A stretch of DNA of 64,000 nt from Macrostomum lignano (Eukaryota). The DNA lies in NCBI GenBank assembly GCA_002269645.1, contig NIVC01003105.1, positions 55,276 through 119,275 on the forward strand, written 5' to 3'. How positions within the stretch are numbered: the stretch's first letter is position 1; each line of letters begins with the position of its first letter. Under the pieces are notes generated by a model. The model saw nothing but the letters and a program-made list of their open reading frames with translations, did no database searches and had not been told where the DNA came from. Below are positions 1-12,762 of this stretch, piece by piece. The position numbers were made by a program, and so were the translations under genes.

Positions 1-3000
1 ATCCTTCAGTTCCCTTCTATCAGTTCCCCCCGATCCTTCAGTTCCCTTCTATCAGTTCCCCCCGATCCTTCAGTTCCCTTCTATCAGTTCCCCCCGATCC
101 TTCAGTTCCCTTCTATCAGTTCCCCCCGATCCTTCAGTTCCCTCGATCCTTCAGTTCCCCCCGATCCTTCAGTTCCCTCGATCCTTCAGTTCCCCCGATC
201 CTTCAGTTCCCCTCGATCCTTCAGTTCCCCCCGATCCTTCAGTTCCCCTCGATCCTTCAGTTCCCCCCGATCCTTCAGTTCCCCTCGATCCTTCAGTTCC
301 CCCGATCCTTCAGTTCCCCTCGATCCTTCAGTTCCCCCCGATCCTTCAGTTCCCCCGATCCTTCAGTTCCCCCGATCCTTCAGTTCCCCCCGATCCTTCA
401 GTTCCCCTCGATCCTTCAGTTCCCCCGATCCTTCAGTTCCCCTCGATCCTTCAGTTCCCGATCCTTCAGTTCCCCTCGATCCTTCAGTTCCCCCGATCCT
501 TCAGTTCCCCGATCCTTCAGTTCCCCCCGATCCTTCAGTTCCCTTCTATCAGTTCCCCCCGATCCTTCAGTTCCCTTCTGGTATCAGTTCCCCCCGATCC
601 TTCAGTTCCCTTCTATCAGTTCCCGCCGATCCTTCAGTTCCCTTCTATCAGTTCCCCCCGATCCTTCAGTTCCCTCTATCAGTTCCCCCCGATCCTTCAG
701 TTCCCTTCCTTCAGTTCCCCCGATCCTTCAGTTCCCTTCTATCAGTTCCCCCGATCCTTCAGTTCCCCCGATCCTTCAGTTCTCCCCGATCCTTCAGTTC
801 CCTCGATCCTTCAGTTCCCCTCGATCCTTCAGTTCCCCCAATCCTTCAGTTCCCCTCGATCCTTCAGTTCTCCCCGATCCTTCAGTTCCCCTCGATCCTT
901 CAGTTCCCCTCGATCCTTCAGTTCCCCCGATCCTTCAGTTCCCCCGATCCTTCAGTTCCCCCGATCCTTCAGTTCTCCCCGATCCTTCAGTTCCCCTCGA
1001 TCCTTCAGTTCCCCCCGATCCTTCAGTTCCCCTCGATCCTTCAGTTCTCCCCGATCCTTCAGTTCCCCTCGATCCTTCAGTTCCCCCCGATCCTTCAGTT
1101 CCCCCGATCCTTCAGTTCCCCCGATCCTTCAGTTCCCCGATCCTTCAGTTCCCCCCGATCCTTCAGTTCCCCCCGATCCTTCAGTTCCCCCCGATCCTTC
1201 AGTTCCCCCGATCCTTCAGTTCCCCCGATCCTTCAGTTCCCCCGATCCTTCAGTTCCCCTCGATCCTTCAGTTCCCTTCTATCAGTTCCCCTCGATCCTT
1301 CAGTTCCCTTCTATCAGTTCCCCCGATCCTTCAGTTCCCCTCGATCCTTCAGTTCCCTTCTATCAGTTCCCCCCGATCCTTCAGTTCCCTTCTATCAGTT
1401 CCCCCCGATCCTTCAGTTCCCTTCTATCAGTTCCCCCGATCCTTCAGTTCCCTTCTATCAGTTCCCCCCGATCCTTCAGTTCCCCTCGATCCTTCAGTTC
1501 CCCCGATCCTTCAGTTCCCTTCTATCAGTTCCCCCCGATCCTTCAGTTCCCCTCGATCCTTCAGTTCCCCCCGATCCTTCAGTTCCCCTCGATCCTTCAG
1601 TTCCCCCCGATCCTTCAGCTCCCCTCGATCCTTCAGTTCCCCCCGATCCTTCAGTTCCCCTCGATCCTTCAGTTCCCCCCGATCCTTCAGTTCCCCTCGA
1701 TCCTTCAGTTCCCCCGATCCTTCAGTTCCCCCCGATCCTTCAGTTCCCTTCTATCAGTCCCCCCCGATCCTTCAGTTCCCCTCGATCCTTCAGTTCTCCC
1801 CGATCCTTCAGTTCCCCTCGATCCTTCAGTTCCCCTCGATCCTTCAGTTCCCCTCGATCCTTCAGTTCCCCCCGATCCTTCAGTTCCCCTCGATCCTTCA
1901 GTTCTCCTCGATCCTTCAGTTCCCCTCGATCCTTCAGTTCCCCCCGATCCTTCAGTTCCCCCCGATCCTTCAGTTCCCTTCTATCAGTTCCCCCCGATCC
2001 TTCAGTTTCCTTCTATCAGTTCTCCCCGATCCTTCAGTTCCCCTCGATCCTTCAGTTCCCCTCGATCCTTCAGTTCCCCTCGATCCTTCAGTTCCCCCCG
2101 ATCCTTCAGTTCCCCTCGATCCTTCAGTTCTCCTCGATCCTTCAGTTCCCCTCGATCCTTCAGTTCCCCCCGATCCTTCAGTTCCCCCCGATCCTTCAGT
2201 TCCCTTCTATCAGTTCCCCCCGATCCTTCAGTTCCCTTCTATCAGTTCTCCCCGATCCTTCAGTTCCCCTCGATCCTTCAGTTCCCCCGATCCTTCAGTT
2301 CCCCCGATCCTTCAGTTCCCCCGATCCTTCAGTTCCCCCCGATCCTTCAGTTCCCCACGATCCTTCAGTTCCCCCGATCCTTCAGGTTCCCCCGATCCTT
2401 CAGTTCCCCCGATCCTTCAGTTCCCCCCGATCCTTCAGTTCCCCCGATCCTTCAGTTCCCCCCGATCCTTCAGGTTCCCCCGATCCTTCAGTTCCCCCCG
2501 ATCCTTCAGTTCCCCCGATCCTTCAGTTCCCCCCGATCCTTCAGTTCCCCCGATCCTTCAGTTCCCCCGATCCTTCAGTTCCCTTCTATCAGTTCCCCCG
2601 ATCCTTCAGTTCCCCTCCCATCAGTTCCCCCGATCCTTCAGTTCCCCCCGATCCTTCAGTTCCCCCGATCCTTCAGTTCCCCCGATCCTTCAGTTCCCCT
2701 CGATCCTTCAGTTCCCCCCGATCCTTCAGTTCCCCCCGATCCTTCAGTTCCCCTCGATCCTTCAGTTCTCCCCGATCCTTCAGTTCCCCTCGATCCTTCA
2801 GTTCCCCCCGATCCTTCAGTTCCCCTCGATCCTTCAGTTCCCCCCAATCCTTCAGTTCCTCTCGATCCTTCAGTTCTCCCCGATCCTTCAGTTCCCCTCG
2901 ATCCTTCAGTTCCCCTCGATCCTTCAGTTCCCCCCGATCCTTCAGTTCCCCTCGATCCTTCAGTTCCCCCCAATCCTTCAGTTCCCCTCGATCCTTCAGT

Positions 3001-6000
3001 TCCCCTCGATCCTTCAGTTCCCCCCGATCCTTCAGTTCCCCTCGATCCTTCAGTTCCCCCCAATCCTTCAGTTCCCCTCGATCCTTCAGTTCTCCCCGAT
3101 CCTTCAGTTCCCCTCGATCCTTCAGTTCCCCTCGATCCTTCAGTTCTCCCCGATCCTTCAGTTCCCCTCGATCCTTCAGTTCCCCTCGATCCTTCAGTTC
3201 CCCTCGATCCTTCAGTTCCCCCCGATCCTTCAGTTCCCCTCGATCCTTCAGTTCTCCCCGATCCTTCAGTTCCCCCCGATCCTTCAGTTCCCCCCGATCC
3301 TTCAGTTCTCCCCGATCCTTCAGTTCCCCTCGATCCTTCAGTTCCCCCCGATCCTTCAGTTCCCCTCGATCCTTCAGTTCTCCCCGATCCTTCAGTTCCC
3401 CTCGATCCTTCAGTTCCCCCCGATGCTTCGGTTCCCCCCGATCCTTCAGTTCCCCCGATCCTTCAGTTCCCCTCGATCCTTCAGTTCCCCCGATCCTTCA
3501 GTTCCCCCGATCCTTCAGTTCCCCCGATCCTTCAGTTCCCCCGATCCTTCAGTTCCCCCCGATCCTTCAGTTCCCCCCGATCCTTCAGTTCCCCTCGATC
3601 CTTCAGTTCCCTTCTATCAGTTCCCCTCGATCCTTCAGTTCCCTTCTATCAGTTCCCCCCGATCCTTCAGTTCCCCTCGATCCTTCAGTTCCCTTCTATC
3701 AGTTCCCCCCGATCCTTCAGTTCCCTTCTATCAGTTCCCCCCGATCCTTCAGTTCCCTTCTATCAGTTCCCCCCGATCCTTCAGTTCCCTTCTATCAGTT
3801 CCCCCCGATCCTTCAGTTCCCCTCGATCCTTCAGTTCCCCCCGATCCTTCAGTTCCCTTCTATCAGTTCCCCCCGATCCTTCAGTTCCCCTCGATCCTTC
3901 AGTTCCCCCCGATCCTTCAGTTCCCCTCGATCCTTCAGTTCCCCCGATCCTTCAGCTCCCCTCGATCCTTCAGTTCCCCCCGATCCTTCAGTTCCCCTCG
4001 ATCCTTCAGTTCCCCCCGATCCTTCAGTTCCCCTCGATCCTTCAGTTCCCCCCGATCCTTCAGTTCCCCCCGATCCTTCAGTTCCCTTCTATCAGTCCCC
4101 CCCGATCCTTCAGTTCCCCTCGATCCTTCAGTTCTCCCCGATCCTTCAGTTCCCCTCGATCCTTCAGTTCCCCTCGATCCTTCAGTTCCCCTCGATCCTT
4201 CAGTTCCCCCCGATCCTTCAGTTCCCCCCGATCCTTCAGTTCCCCCCGATCCTTCAGTTCCCTTCTATCAGTTCCCCCCGATCCTTCAGTTCCCTTCTGG
4301 TATCAGTTCCCCCCGATCCTTCAGTTCCCTTCTATCAGTTCCCCCCGATCCTTCAGTTCTCCCCGATCCTTCAGTTCCCTTCTATCAGTTCCCGCCGATC
4401 CTTCAGTTCCCTTCTATCAGTTCCCCCCGATCCTTCAGTTTCCCCCGATCCTTCAGTTCCCCCCGATCCTTCAGTTCCCTTCTATCAGTTCCCCCCGATC
4501 CTTCAGTTCCCCCCGATCCTTCAGTTCTCCCCGATCCTTCAGTTCCCCTCGATCCTTCAGTTCCCCTCGATCCTTCAGTTCCCCCCAATCCTTCAGTTCC
4601 CCTCGATCCTTCAGTTCTCCCCGATCCTTCAGTTCCCCTCGATCCTTCAGTTCCCCTCGATCCTTCAGTTCCCCCGATCCTTCAGTTCCCCCGATCCTTC
4701 AGTTCCCCCGATCCTTCAGTTCTCCCCGATCCTTCAGTTCCCCTCGATCCTTCAGTTCCCCCGATCCTTCAGTTCCCCTCGATCCTTCAGTTCTCCCCGA
4801 TCCTTCAGTTCCCCTCGATCCTTCAGTTCCCCCGATCCTTCAGTTCCCCCCGATCCTTCAGTTCCCCCGATCCTTCAGTTCCCCTCGATCCTTCAGTTCC
4901 CCCCGATCCTTCAGTTCCCCCGATCCTTCAGTTCCCCCGATCCTTCAGTTCCCCCGATCCTTCAGTTCCCCCGATCCTTCAGTTCCCCCGATCCTTCAGT
5001 TCCCCTCGATCCTTCAGTTCCCTTCTATCAGTTCCCCTCGATCCTTCAGTTCCCTTCTATCAGTTCCCCCGATCCTTCAGTTCCCCTCGATCCTTCAGTT
5101 CCCTTCTATCAGTTCCCCCGATCCTTCAGTTCCCTTCTATCAGTTCCCCCCGATCCTTCAGTTCCCTTCTATCAGTTCCCCCGATCCTTCAGTTCCCTTC
5201 TATCAGTTCCCCCCGATCCTTCAGTTCCCCTCGATCCTTCAGTTCCCCCCGATCCTTCAGTTCCCTTCTATCAGTTCCCCCCGATCCTTCAGTTCCCCTC
5301 GATCCTTCAGTTCCCCCGATCCTTCAGTTCCCCTCGATCCTTCAGTTCCCCCCGATCCTTCAGCTCCCCTCGATCCTTCAGTTCCCCCCGATCCTTCAGT
5401 TCCCCTCGATCCTTCAGTTCCCCCGATCCTTCAGTTCCCCTCGATCCTTCAGTTCCCCCGATCCTTCAGTTCCCCCGATCCTTCAGTTCCCTTCTATCAG
5501 TCCCCCCCGATCCTTCAGTTCCCCTCGATCCTTCAGTTCTCCCCGATCCTTCAGTTCCCCTCGATCCTTCAGTTCCCCTCGATCCTTCAGTTCCCCTCGA
5601 TCCTTCAGTTCCCCCCGATCCTTCAGTTCCCCTCGATCCTTCAGTTCTCCTCGATCCTTCAGTTCCCCTCGATCCTTCAGTTCCCCCCGATCCTTCAGTT
5701 CCCCCCGATCCTTCAGTTCCCTTCTATCAGTTCCCCCGATCCTTCAGTTTCCTTCTATCAGTTCTCCCCGATCCTTCAGTTCCCCTCGATCCTTCAGTTC
5801 CCCTCGATCCTTCAGTTCCCCTCGATCCTTCAGTTCCCCCCGATCCTTCAGTTCCCCTCGATCCTTCAGTTCTCCTCGATCCTTCAGTTCCCCTCGATCC
5901 TTCAGTTCCCCCCGATCCTTCAGTTCCCCCCGATCCTTCAGTTCCCTTCTATCAGTTCCCCCCGATCCTTCAGTTTCCTTCTATCAGTTCCCCCCCGATC

Positions 6001-6696
6001 CTTCAGTTCCCCCCGATCCTTCAGTTCCCCTCGATCCTTCAGTTCCCCTCGATCCTTCAGTTCCCCCCGATCCTTCAGTTCCCCTCGATCCTTCAGTTCC
6101 CCCCGATCCTTCAGTTCCCCTCGATCCTTCAGTTCCCCCCGATCCTTCAGTTCCTTTCGATCCTTCAGTTCCCCCTGATCCTTCAGTTCCCCCCGATCCT
6201 TCAGTTCCCTTCTATCAGTTCCCCCCGATCCTTCAGTTCCCCTCGATCCTTCAGTTCCCCCCGATCCTTCAGTTCCCTTCTATCAGTTCCCCCCGATCCT
6301 TCAGTTCCCTTCTATCAGTTCCCCTCGATCCTTCAGTTCCCCCCGATCCTTCAGTTCCCTTCTATCAGTTCCCCTCGATCCTTCAGTTCCCCACGATCCT
6401 TCAGTTCCCCCCGATCCTTCAGTTCCCCCCGATCCTTCAGTTCCCCCGATCCTTCAGTTCCCTTCTATCAGTTCCCCCGATCCTTCAGTTCCCCCCGATC
6501 CTTCAGTTCTCCCCGATCCTTCAGTTCCCCCGATCCTTCAGTTCCCCCGATCCTTCAGTTCCCCTCGATCCTTCAGTTCCCCCCGATCCTTCAGTTCCCC
6601 CCGATCCTTCAGGTTCCCCCGATCCTTCAGTTCCCCCGATCCTTCAGTTCCCCCCGATCCTTCAGTTCCCCTCGATCCTTCAGTTCCCCCCAATCC
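1..6696. repeat. Large 17-18 bp minisatellite (GATCCTTCAGTTCCCC[C/T]C) with a 32-bp variant unit containing TTCTATCAG; probably intronic, runs off the window start
   Basis: Continuous tandem units visible throughout. It ends about 140 nt before the acceptor of the exon at 6837. Confidence 0.97.
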
Positions 6697-6836
6697 CTAA
6701 AATATTTAATTATATGTTATTCCTTATTTCTTATTCCATCTTTCAATCTCATAATCCAATTTGTCAGACGCCCGCTTACTCATTACTGATTATAAATGCA
6801 ACCAATTCATAATTTTCCTCATCAACTCGCTTCCAG

Positions 6837-7159
6837 ATTCCGACCCCAAGAAGCCCGATGCAGATTCGACTTCGTCCTCTTCTGAGCAGCAGAAGCCACC
6901 CGGCAGTGCTGAGGAGCAAAAGCCGCAGGACGAAGGCGCCACTCCGCCGCCGACAATTCCGCCGCCGCCGCCACCACCGCCGCAGCAGCAGCCCTCAGCT
7001 GATGAGGTGGAGTCTGGCGACATCGATTCGAACTCGGGCAGCTCCCGAGACGAGTCGTCGTCTCAAAGTCGGGGTCGTGACGACGAGCGCGACCACCGCG
7101 ACGACGGCGAGGACCGGCGCTCGTCCCGCGGCAGCCACGACCCAGACGATGAGCTGTGA
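6837..7159 (+). CDS. Terminal coding exon of an unknown acidic/Pro-rich protein ending ...HDPDDEL* (KDEL-like ER-retention signal); upstream exons lie outside the window
   Basis: Polypyrimidine TTCCAG acceptor ends at 6836 (phase 1), GC-rich open frame to TGA at 7157-7159, AATAAA near 7432. DDEL matches the [KRHQSAD]DEL retrieval motif. Confidence 0.72.
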
Positions 7160-7884
7160 GCAGGATCACCCTACCTTATTTAGAAGCTGCGAGCGTAAAA
7201 TGGTACTTGAAAACATGAGTAATATTAATTTAAATCGCGTTTCGTTTGTTGCTCCTGTGTAACGCCTGCATTGACTTTTAGCTCTGGTTGTTCCTCTGAT
7301 CTTAAAATTTTATCTACTATTAAAAATACGACTAAAAAATGTCTGTCTGTATTATCCAGTTACTCCAGAATTTCAACTGAAGCCTACTATGAGTAGTAAG
7401 CTGCAGTTCAGTTCCGATCTTTCAATTAGAAAATAAAATAAAATTCGGTTGCACTACTGCCAGTAGACAGGTCAGTGCCAAGTCCGTACTACTATAATTA
7501 ATGTATAATGCAGTGTCGCTCCGATAATTTCGGTTCTCATTCCGAATTTTACACCTGCCGCTGTGTGTTTGTGATTTTCTGGTTAAAAAAATCAAACAAA
7601 ATAAGCTGTTGCTACTACTAGCAGCAGTAGCAACAATGTTTTTTCTCAGTGGTTTTTTCCCGATTCGACTTGTCAAAAAAACTTGTTAATTGTGTTTAAT
7701 CTTGTTTTGCCTGCTAGTTGAATATCCTGCGCACCCTATGAAATTCCTCCGTCTGTCTGATCTGCCTGTCTTTTTCTGGATTTTTGCCTGCATTTTGCTA
7801 TTGCGCCCATCTTCTATGCTTTGATTGGCCCAGCTGCTCTCTTTGAGCTCCTTCATCTTGCTTTGTCCTGGTCCTGTCTTGATC

Positions 7885-8750
7885 CCACTTTCCCCATATC
7901 CAGTTTGATCCCATTCTCCCCAATATCCAGTCCGATCCCATTCTTCCCAATATCCAGTCCGATCCCATTCTCCCCAATATCCAGTCTGATCCCATTCTTC
8001 CCAATATCCAGTCCGATCCCATTCTCCCCAATATCCAGTCTGATCCCATTCTTCCCAATATCCAGTCTGATCCCATTCTCCCCAATATCCAGTCTGATCC
8101 CATTCTCCCCAATATCCAGTCTGATCCCATTCTCCCCAATATCCAGTCCGATCCCATTTTCCCCAATATCCAGTCTGATCCCATTTTCCCCAATATCCAG
8201 TCCGATCCCATTCTCCCCAATATCCAGTCCGATCCCATTCTCCCCAATATCCAGTCCGATCCCATTTTCCCCAATATCCAGTCCGATCCCATTCTCCCCA
8301 ATATCCAGTTTGATCACATTTTCCCCAATATCCAGTCCGATCCCATTTTCCCCAATATCCAGTCCGATCCCATTCTCCCCAATATCCAGTTTGATCACAT
8401 TTTCCCCAATATCCAGTCCGATCCCATTCTCCCCAATATCCAGTTTGATCACATTTTCCCCAATATCCAGTCCGATCCCATTTTCCCCAATATCCAGTCC
8501 GATCCCATTCTCCCCAATATCCAGTCCATTCTCCCCAATATCCAGTCCATTCTCCCCAATATCCAGTCCATTCTCCCCAATATCCAGTCCATTCTCCCCA
8601 ATATCCAGTCTGATCCCATTCTCCCCAATATCCAGTCTGATCCCATTCTCCCCAATATCCAGTCCGATCCCATTCTCCCCAATATCCAGTCTGATCCCAT
8701 TCTCCCCAATATCCAGTCTGATCCCATTCTCCCCAATATCCAGTTGATCC
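7885..8750. repeat. 27-bp minisatellite (ATCCAGTCTGATCCCATTCTCCCCAAT) with a short internal run of 21-bp deletion variants
   Basis: Tandem units seen directly. The 9-aa and 7-aa periodicities of the spurious ORFs confirm 27- and 21-bp units. Confidence 0.95.
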
Positions 8751-9631
8751 CAATACAAGTTTGCAATCAAATCTGCTCTCTTATCGCCTATTTCTCCAAT
8801 TAGTTTCATCAGCTCCCTCTTGAGCACAGAAGTCTGTGTCCCAATGTTTTCTCTGCTTCTCTGCAAGGCGCTGGTATTTTGTTTTGCGAATTGCAATTAG
8901 AAAATTTTCAAAGATAAGAAATGTTAAATTACTGTCTGCTATTAGTTAATTGATACCCTCAGTTAACAGTCGTTTTCGCTAGAGACGTTTGTGTGATTTG
9001 TTTGTCCTACTCTTAACAATTTAAGTAAAATACTGTAGCGCTCTCGTCTGCGTCTTAACTTTGTTCTCTAAAAGGCAATGATTCTCAACTTTGAATCCTG
9101 CTAATAACTAATTATCACATTTCTGGGAAGTAAGCAAATAAAAGTTGCTGATAAAATTGACAGCAGGTATTATTAATTGGATGCAAGAAAAAAATGATTT
9201 TGAACTTTTGCTTTTTTTCTCTTTTTTGTTACTAAAAACACTATTTACACTACTACACGTTAGTAGTGTTTAATTACGAGTCTTTCTAGCTGAATCCAAT
9301 GAGTTGCTGTTCTGAGCCAATGCACCCCAATTACGAGTATCAGCAACAATTATTGCTGATTGGCTGCAGCCCAACCGCTTTTCCAACTCTAAACCCCCAA
9401 GTGCGTATGTACAGTCGCGGGGGGGGGGTGGGGGCGAGATTTTCGTCTTGCTAAGTGCGCATACATGTACATTGACAGAAACTGTCTGTAGTTGTCTAAG
9501 GCTTATCTAAGATCAAACCCATAAAAACACAGTGTTCATTCGTCATTTATCTATATATTGACTGTGTGGATGGCCTCTGATGTGTTCTGACTCTATTATT
9601 GTTGAACTAGCTGATATCTAATACTGCTGTC

Positions 9632-10994
9632 ATGTCGGTCGCTAATCTCAACGTGACTCAGCAGCGCTGCAACAACAATGACCTGACCGTGACTGTCCGG
9701 GCCGGCATGCGCAATTCCGTCACCGGCCTTAGCTTCATCCAGTCGCCCCAGCTGCCGAATGTGGATCAGCAAAGGTTGACTCAGAAACAGCTAAAGGAGA
9801 CTAGGAGACAGGAGCGCTTGGAAAACCAGGTGAGTCTTCTCATCTAGCTCTCCTCTCCTTCTCCTCTCTTCTTTCCTCTCCTCTCCGCTCCTTTCCATTC
9901 CTCTCCTCTCTTCTCTTCTCATCTCCTCTCTCCTCTCCTCTTATTTCTCCTCTCCTCCCTTTCCTTTCCTTTCCTTTCCTCTATTCTCTTCTCTCCTCTC
10001 CTCTCCTCGCTTCTTATTTCTCCTCGCCTCCTTTCCTTTCCTTTTCTCTATTCCTGTATTCTCCTCTTCTTTTCCTTTCGTTTCCTCTTCTCTCCTCTCT
10101 CCTCTCCTTTCGCCTCCTTTCCTTTCCTTTCCTCTCTTCTCCTCTATCCTTTGGTCCCCTCTCCTCTCCTCTCCTCTCTCCTCTCCTCTCCTCTCATCTC
10201 TCCTCTCCTCTCCTCTCCTCTCCTCTCCTCCTCTCCTCTCCTCTCCTCTTCTCTACTCTCTCCTCTCTTTTCTTCTCCTCTCATTTCTCCTCTCCTCTCC
10301 TCTTTTCCTTTTCTCCCTTTTCCTCTCTTCTCTTCTCCTCTCCTCTCCTTTCCTCTCCTCTCCTCCTTTGCCAGCTACTCTGCTCTATGAGCTCGTTATT
10401 CTACAGTAATCTCTGCTCTGCTAATCTCCTCTACCTTCTACTTACTCTCTGCCACTCTGCTCTACCCTCACGCATGCTCTCACCTTTAAGGGCACCTGCT
10501 GCTGGCGCATAGAGACTAACCAAGGCCTGCGCTATCGAATCGTAGCTGACCTGCTGTGCGCTCTAACCCTGCTCCCAGGCGCCGTGGCCGTGATCCTGCT
10601 GTCATTCGCTTACATCTATAGCGAGCCCAGCCCGAGCGAGCCCTATCCCTGGCTGAAGTACGCATTGGCCGCATCCGGTTGCCTGCTGCTGCTGCTGTAC
10701 ATCGCCTGGCTGGCCACTGGCTGCTGCCTCTACAGAAGAGCTGTCGCGCTGAAAAGGCCCAACGACGGAGGAACCCTGTGCAAGCACTCGAGGCGACTCG
10801 GGGCAAACCAGTCGCGTAACGATGTACAGGAGATTCCCATGGCCAATCAAGGAGCGGCGCAGGCGGCTGCAGGCGACTCAGCGCTGACCAATCAAAACAA
10901 CGCAAATCCGCTAATCTTGGTCCGCTCGCCCACTCCAACGCCAGTCGAGCAGCAGGCGAAGCACACGCAGCGGCTGCTGTCGGATGAGGTCTAG
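9632..10994 (+). CDS. Two-exon gene for an unknown ~233-aa protein with two predicted transmembrane segments. Exons 9632-9829 and 10491-10994
   Basis: ATG at 9632, CAG|GTGAGT donor at 9830, TTTAAG acceptor ending 10490. Both junctions are phase 0 and join into one frame (..RLENQ|GTCCWRIE..). Two hydrophobic stretches; stop TAG at 10992-10994. Confidence 0.7.
9846..10372. repeat. CT-rich low-complexity tract filling the intron of the two-TM gene
   Basis: Degenerate (CTCTC/CTTTC)n seen directly. Confidence 0.9.
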
Positions 10995-12762
10995 AGATCA
11001 GGACTCGGTTAATTCAATTCTTGAAAATTTTGATTGACGGATGACATTTCGAGTAATTGATTTGTTTTAATTTCCCTGTCTGTTGCCACGATGGCCTTAA
11101 CTATTTGAAAGTGAAGATTCTTCGGTAAAGCTATATATTTTTTAAATACCATAATTAATAAACAAGAATTGATTGTTGTTTTCTATAAGAACCCAAATGA
11201 TTTATCGCGATCGAAGTTATCGATTTTCCTATTTTAGCGAATAAATCATTATTGACTAGCTAGTGTTTGACTTTGCGACGATCGAATGACACATGCGGTA
11301 TTTACATAGAAGGAACATATTGACAACAAATACATTTTGAGAAAATGGCCAACTTGCGGCGTCAACTTGCTGCTTGAGCGAGTCCGTCAGTCTCAGCGTC
11401 CAGCATTCAGACGGTTTGGACCACCGCCTGGAGCAACGCCAAACGATCAGGTACGTGTAGGACCTCTCTGACTGCTGGACTGCCCTCGGGGGGGGGGGGG
11501 GAACGAAGGGCAGCCCAGACAAGCCCACGTGGCGACGACGTAGATCCTCACAGAAGTCGGGAGCCAGGCTGCCGAGTTGGATGAACTGCTGAAATCGCGG
11601 AAGCTCCGTCGCCTGTCCACATTTGCGCCTCTGCTCACAATTGTAGCCTCGATACGTCATCCGGCACGCGGGGCACATGGTCTTAGGCCGACAGGTTCAC
11701 CAAGCCGACACTTGACTCAACAGCAAAGAAGCTATATCGCTGGGCGCCCTCAACAGGACAGCCAGGGCGAGATCGTCGGCGTTGTTATAAGCACGCTGCG
11801 CTGTCTCTCCGGTTGGTGTCGACCCACGTGTCGCCGCAGCGCAGCAGAGTATGACGACTGTAGATAAACAAGTCGATCGGGAGGGGGACACACGAAGGGC
11901 AGCCGTTATTAGTTAAAGCTATATAACTCTCATATAGTAGTTATACCGTGTCGCATTCAATTTGCCTATGGGCTTTTTAACTATGCTGGGGAAAACTGTC
12001 GATATCGTTCAGCCAGCGGAGAAGCAAAAATTTCACCTGCTTTTTATGACCATACCCATGTCCTTTTCATATCCTTTTCATGTCCCATGACCATACCCAT
12101 GTACATGCATGCAGCGACTTTAAATTCTTTGTCATCATTACCTGCAAGAACTAACTAAGAGGACGTATGCGGATATAGATCGCTTGTAGAAGATATGACG
12201 ATTTCTCTCTACGTTTACCTTTCGGAATGGCTTTGTATTTATGTTGCCTAGCTTAAAATCTTTCTGCATCCGCGCCTGATGCAGTTAATTTGACAAAGTG
12301 AACAAAACTAAAGTAAATTTCACGACTTTCTAGCTTGATTAGCGGATGAAAATGACTCACTTCATCATAGAGCCCTTTGTTAGAGAAAGTGGCCAGTATT
12401 GAAATAAGGGACAGGAATCCCACCTCCAGATTTTGAAACACCGTTTAGAACGCTACTATTCGTTTCGAAGAAAGTAGGAACTTTTTTGAAGCGAGATTCC
12501 GGCGTGGGTGAACTTCAGATCGAGAAATATTGGTGTCAGGTGTTGTTGGCTTGTGGAAGTGGTAATATATTGTTGCATAGGTTTTTTAATTTCATCACTT
12601 CATCGTAGTCAATTGCTTCTAAAATCGACTATTTTCTTGTCCTAAACAGTTTAAATAAGCTATAATAGACACAAAGACCTCGTAAAAAAGTAAACTATAA
12701 TAAATAAAGTTAAGTCTTAAAGTTAATTCTTCAAATATTTTCTAAGAGTTCAAATTGTAGTC

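Noticed and set aside
3423-6812. 1129-aa ORF and other long repetitive ORFs (7686-8896, 22995-24233, 33244-33603, 39234-40599, 43151-44178)
   Set aside because: They are translations of tandem repeats that happen to lack stops, open in several frames or both strands, and mostly lie within introns or between genes.
11340-11900. GC-richer patch with short ORFs and a possible donor near 11451
   Set aside because: No consistent exon chain or recognisable motif, so it cannot be supported as a gene.
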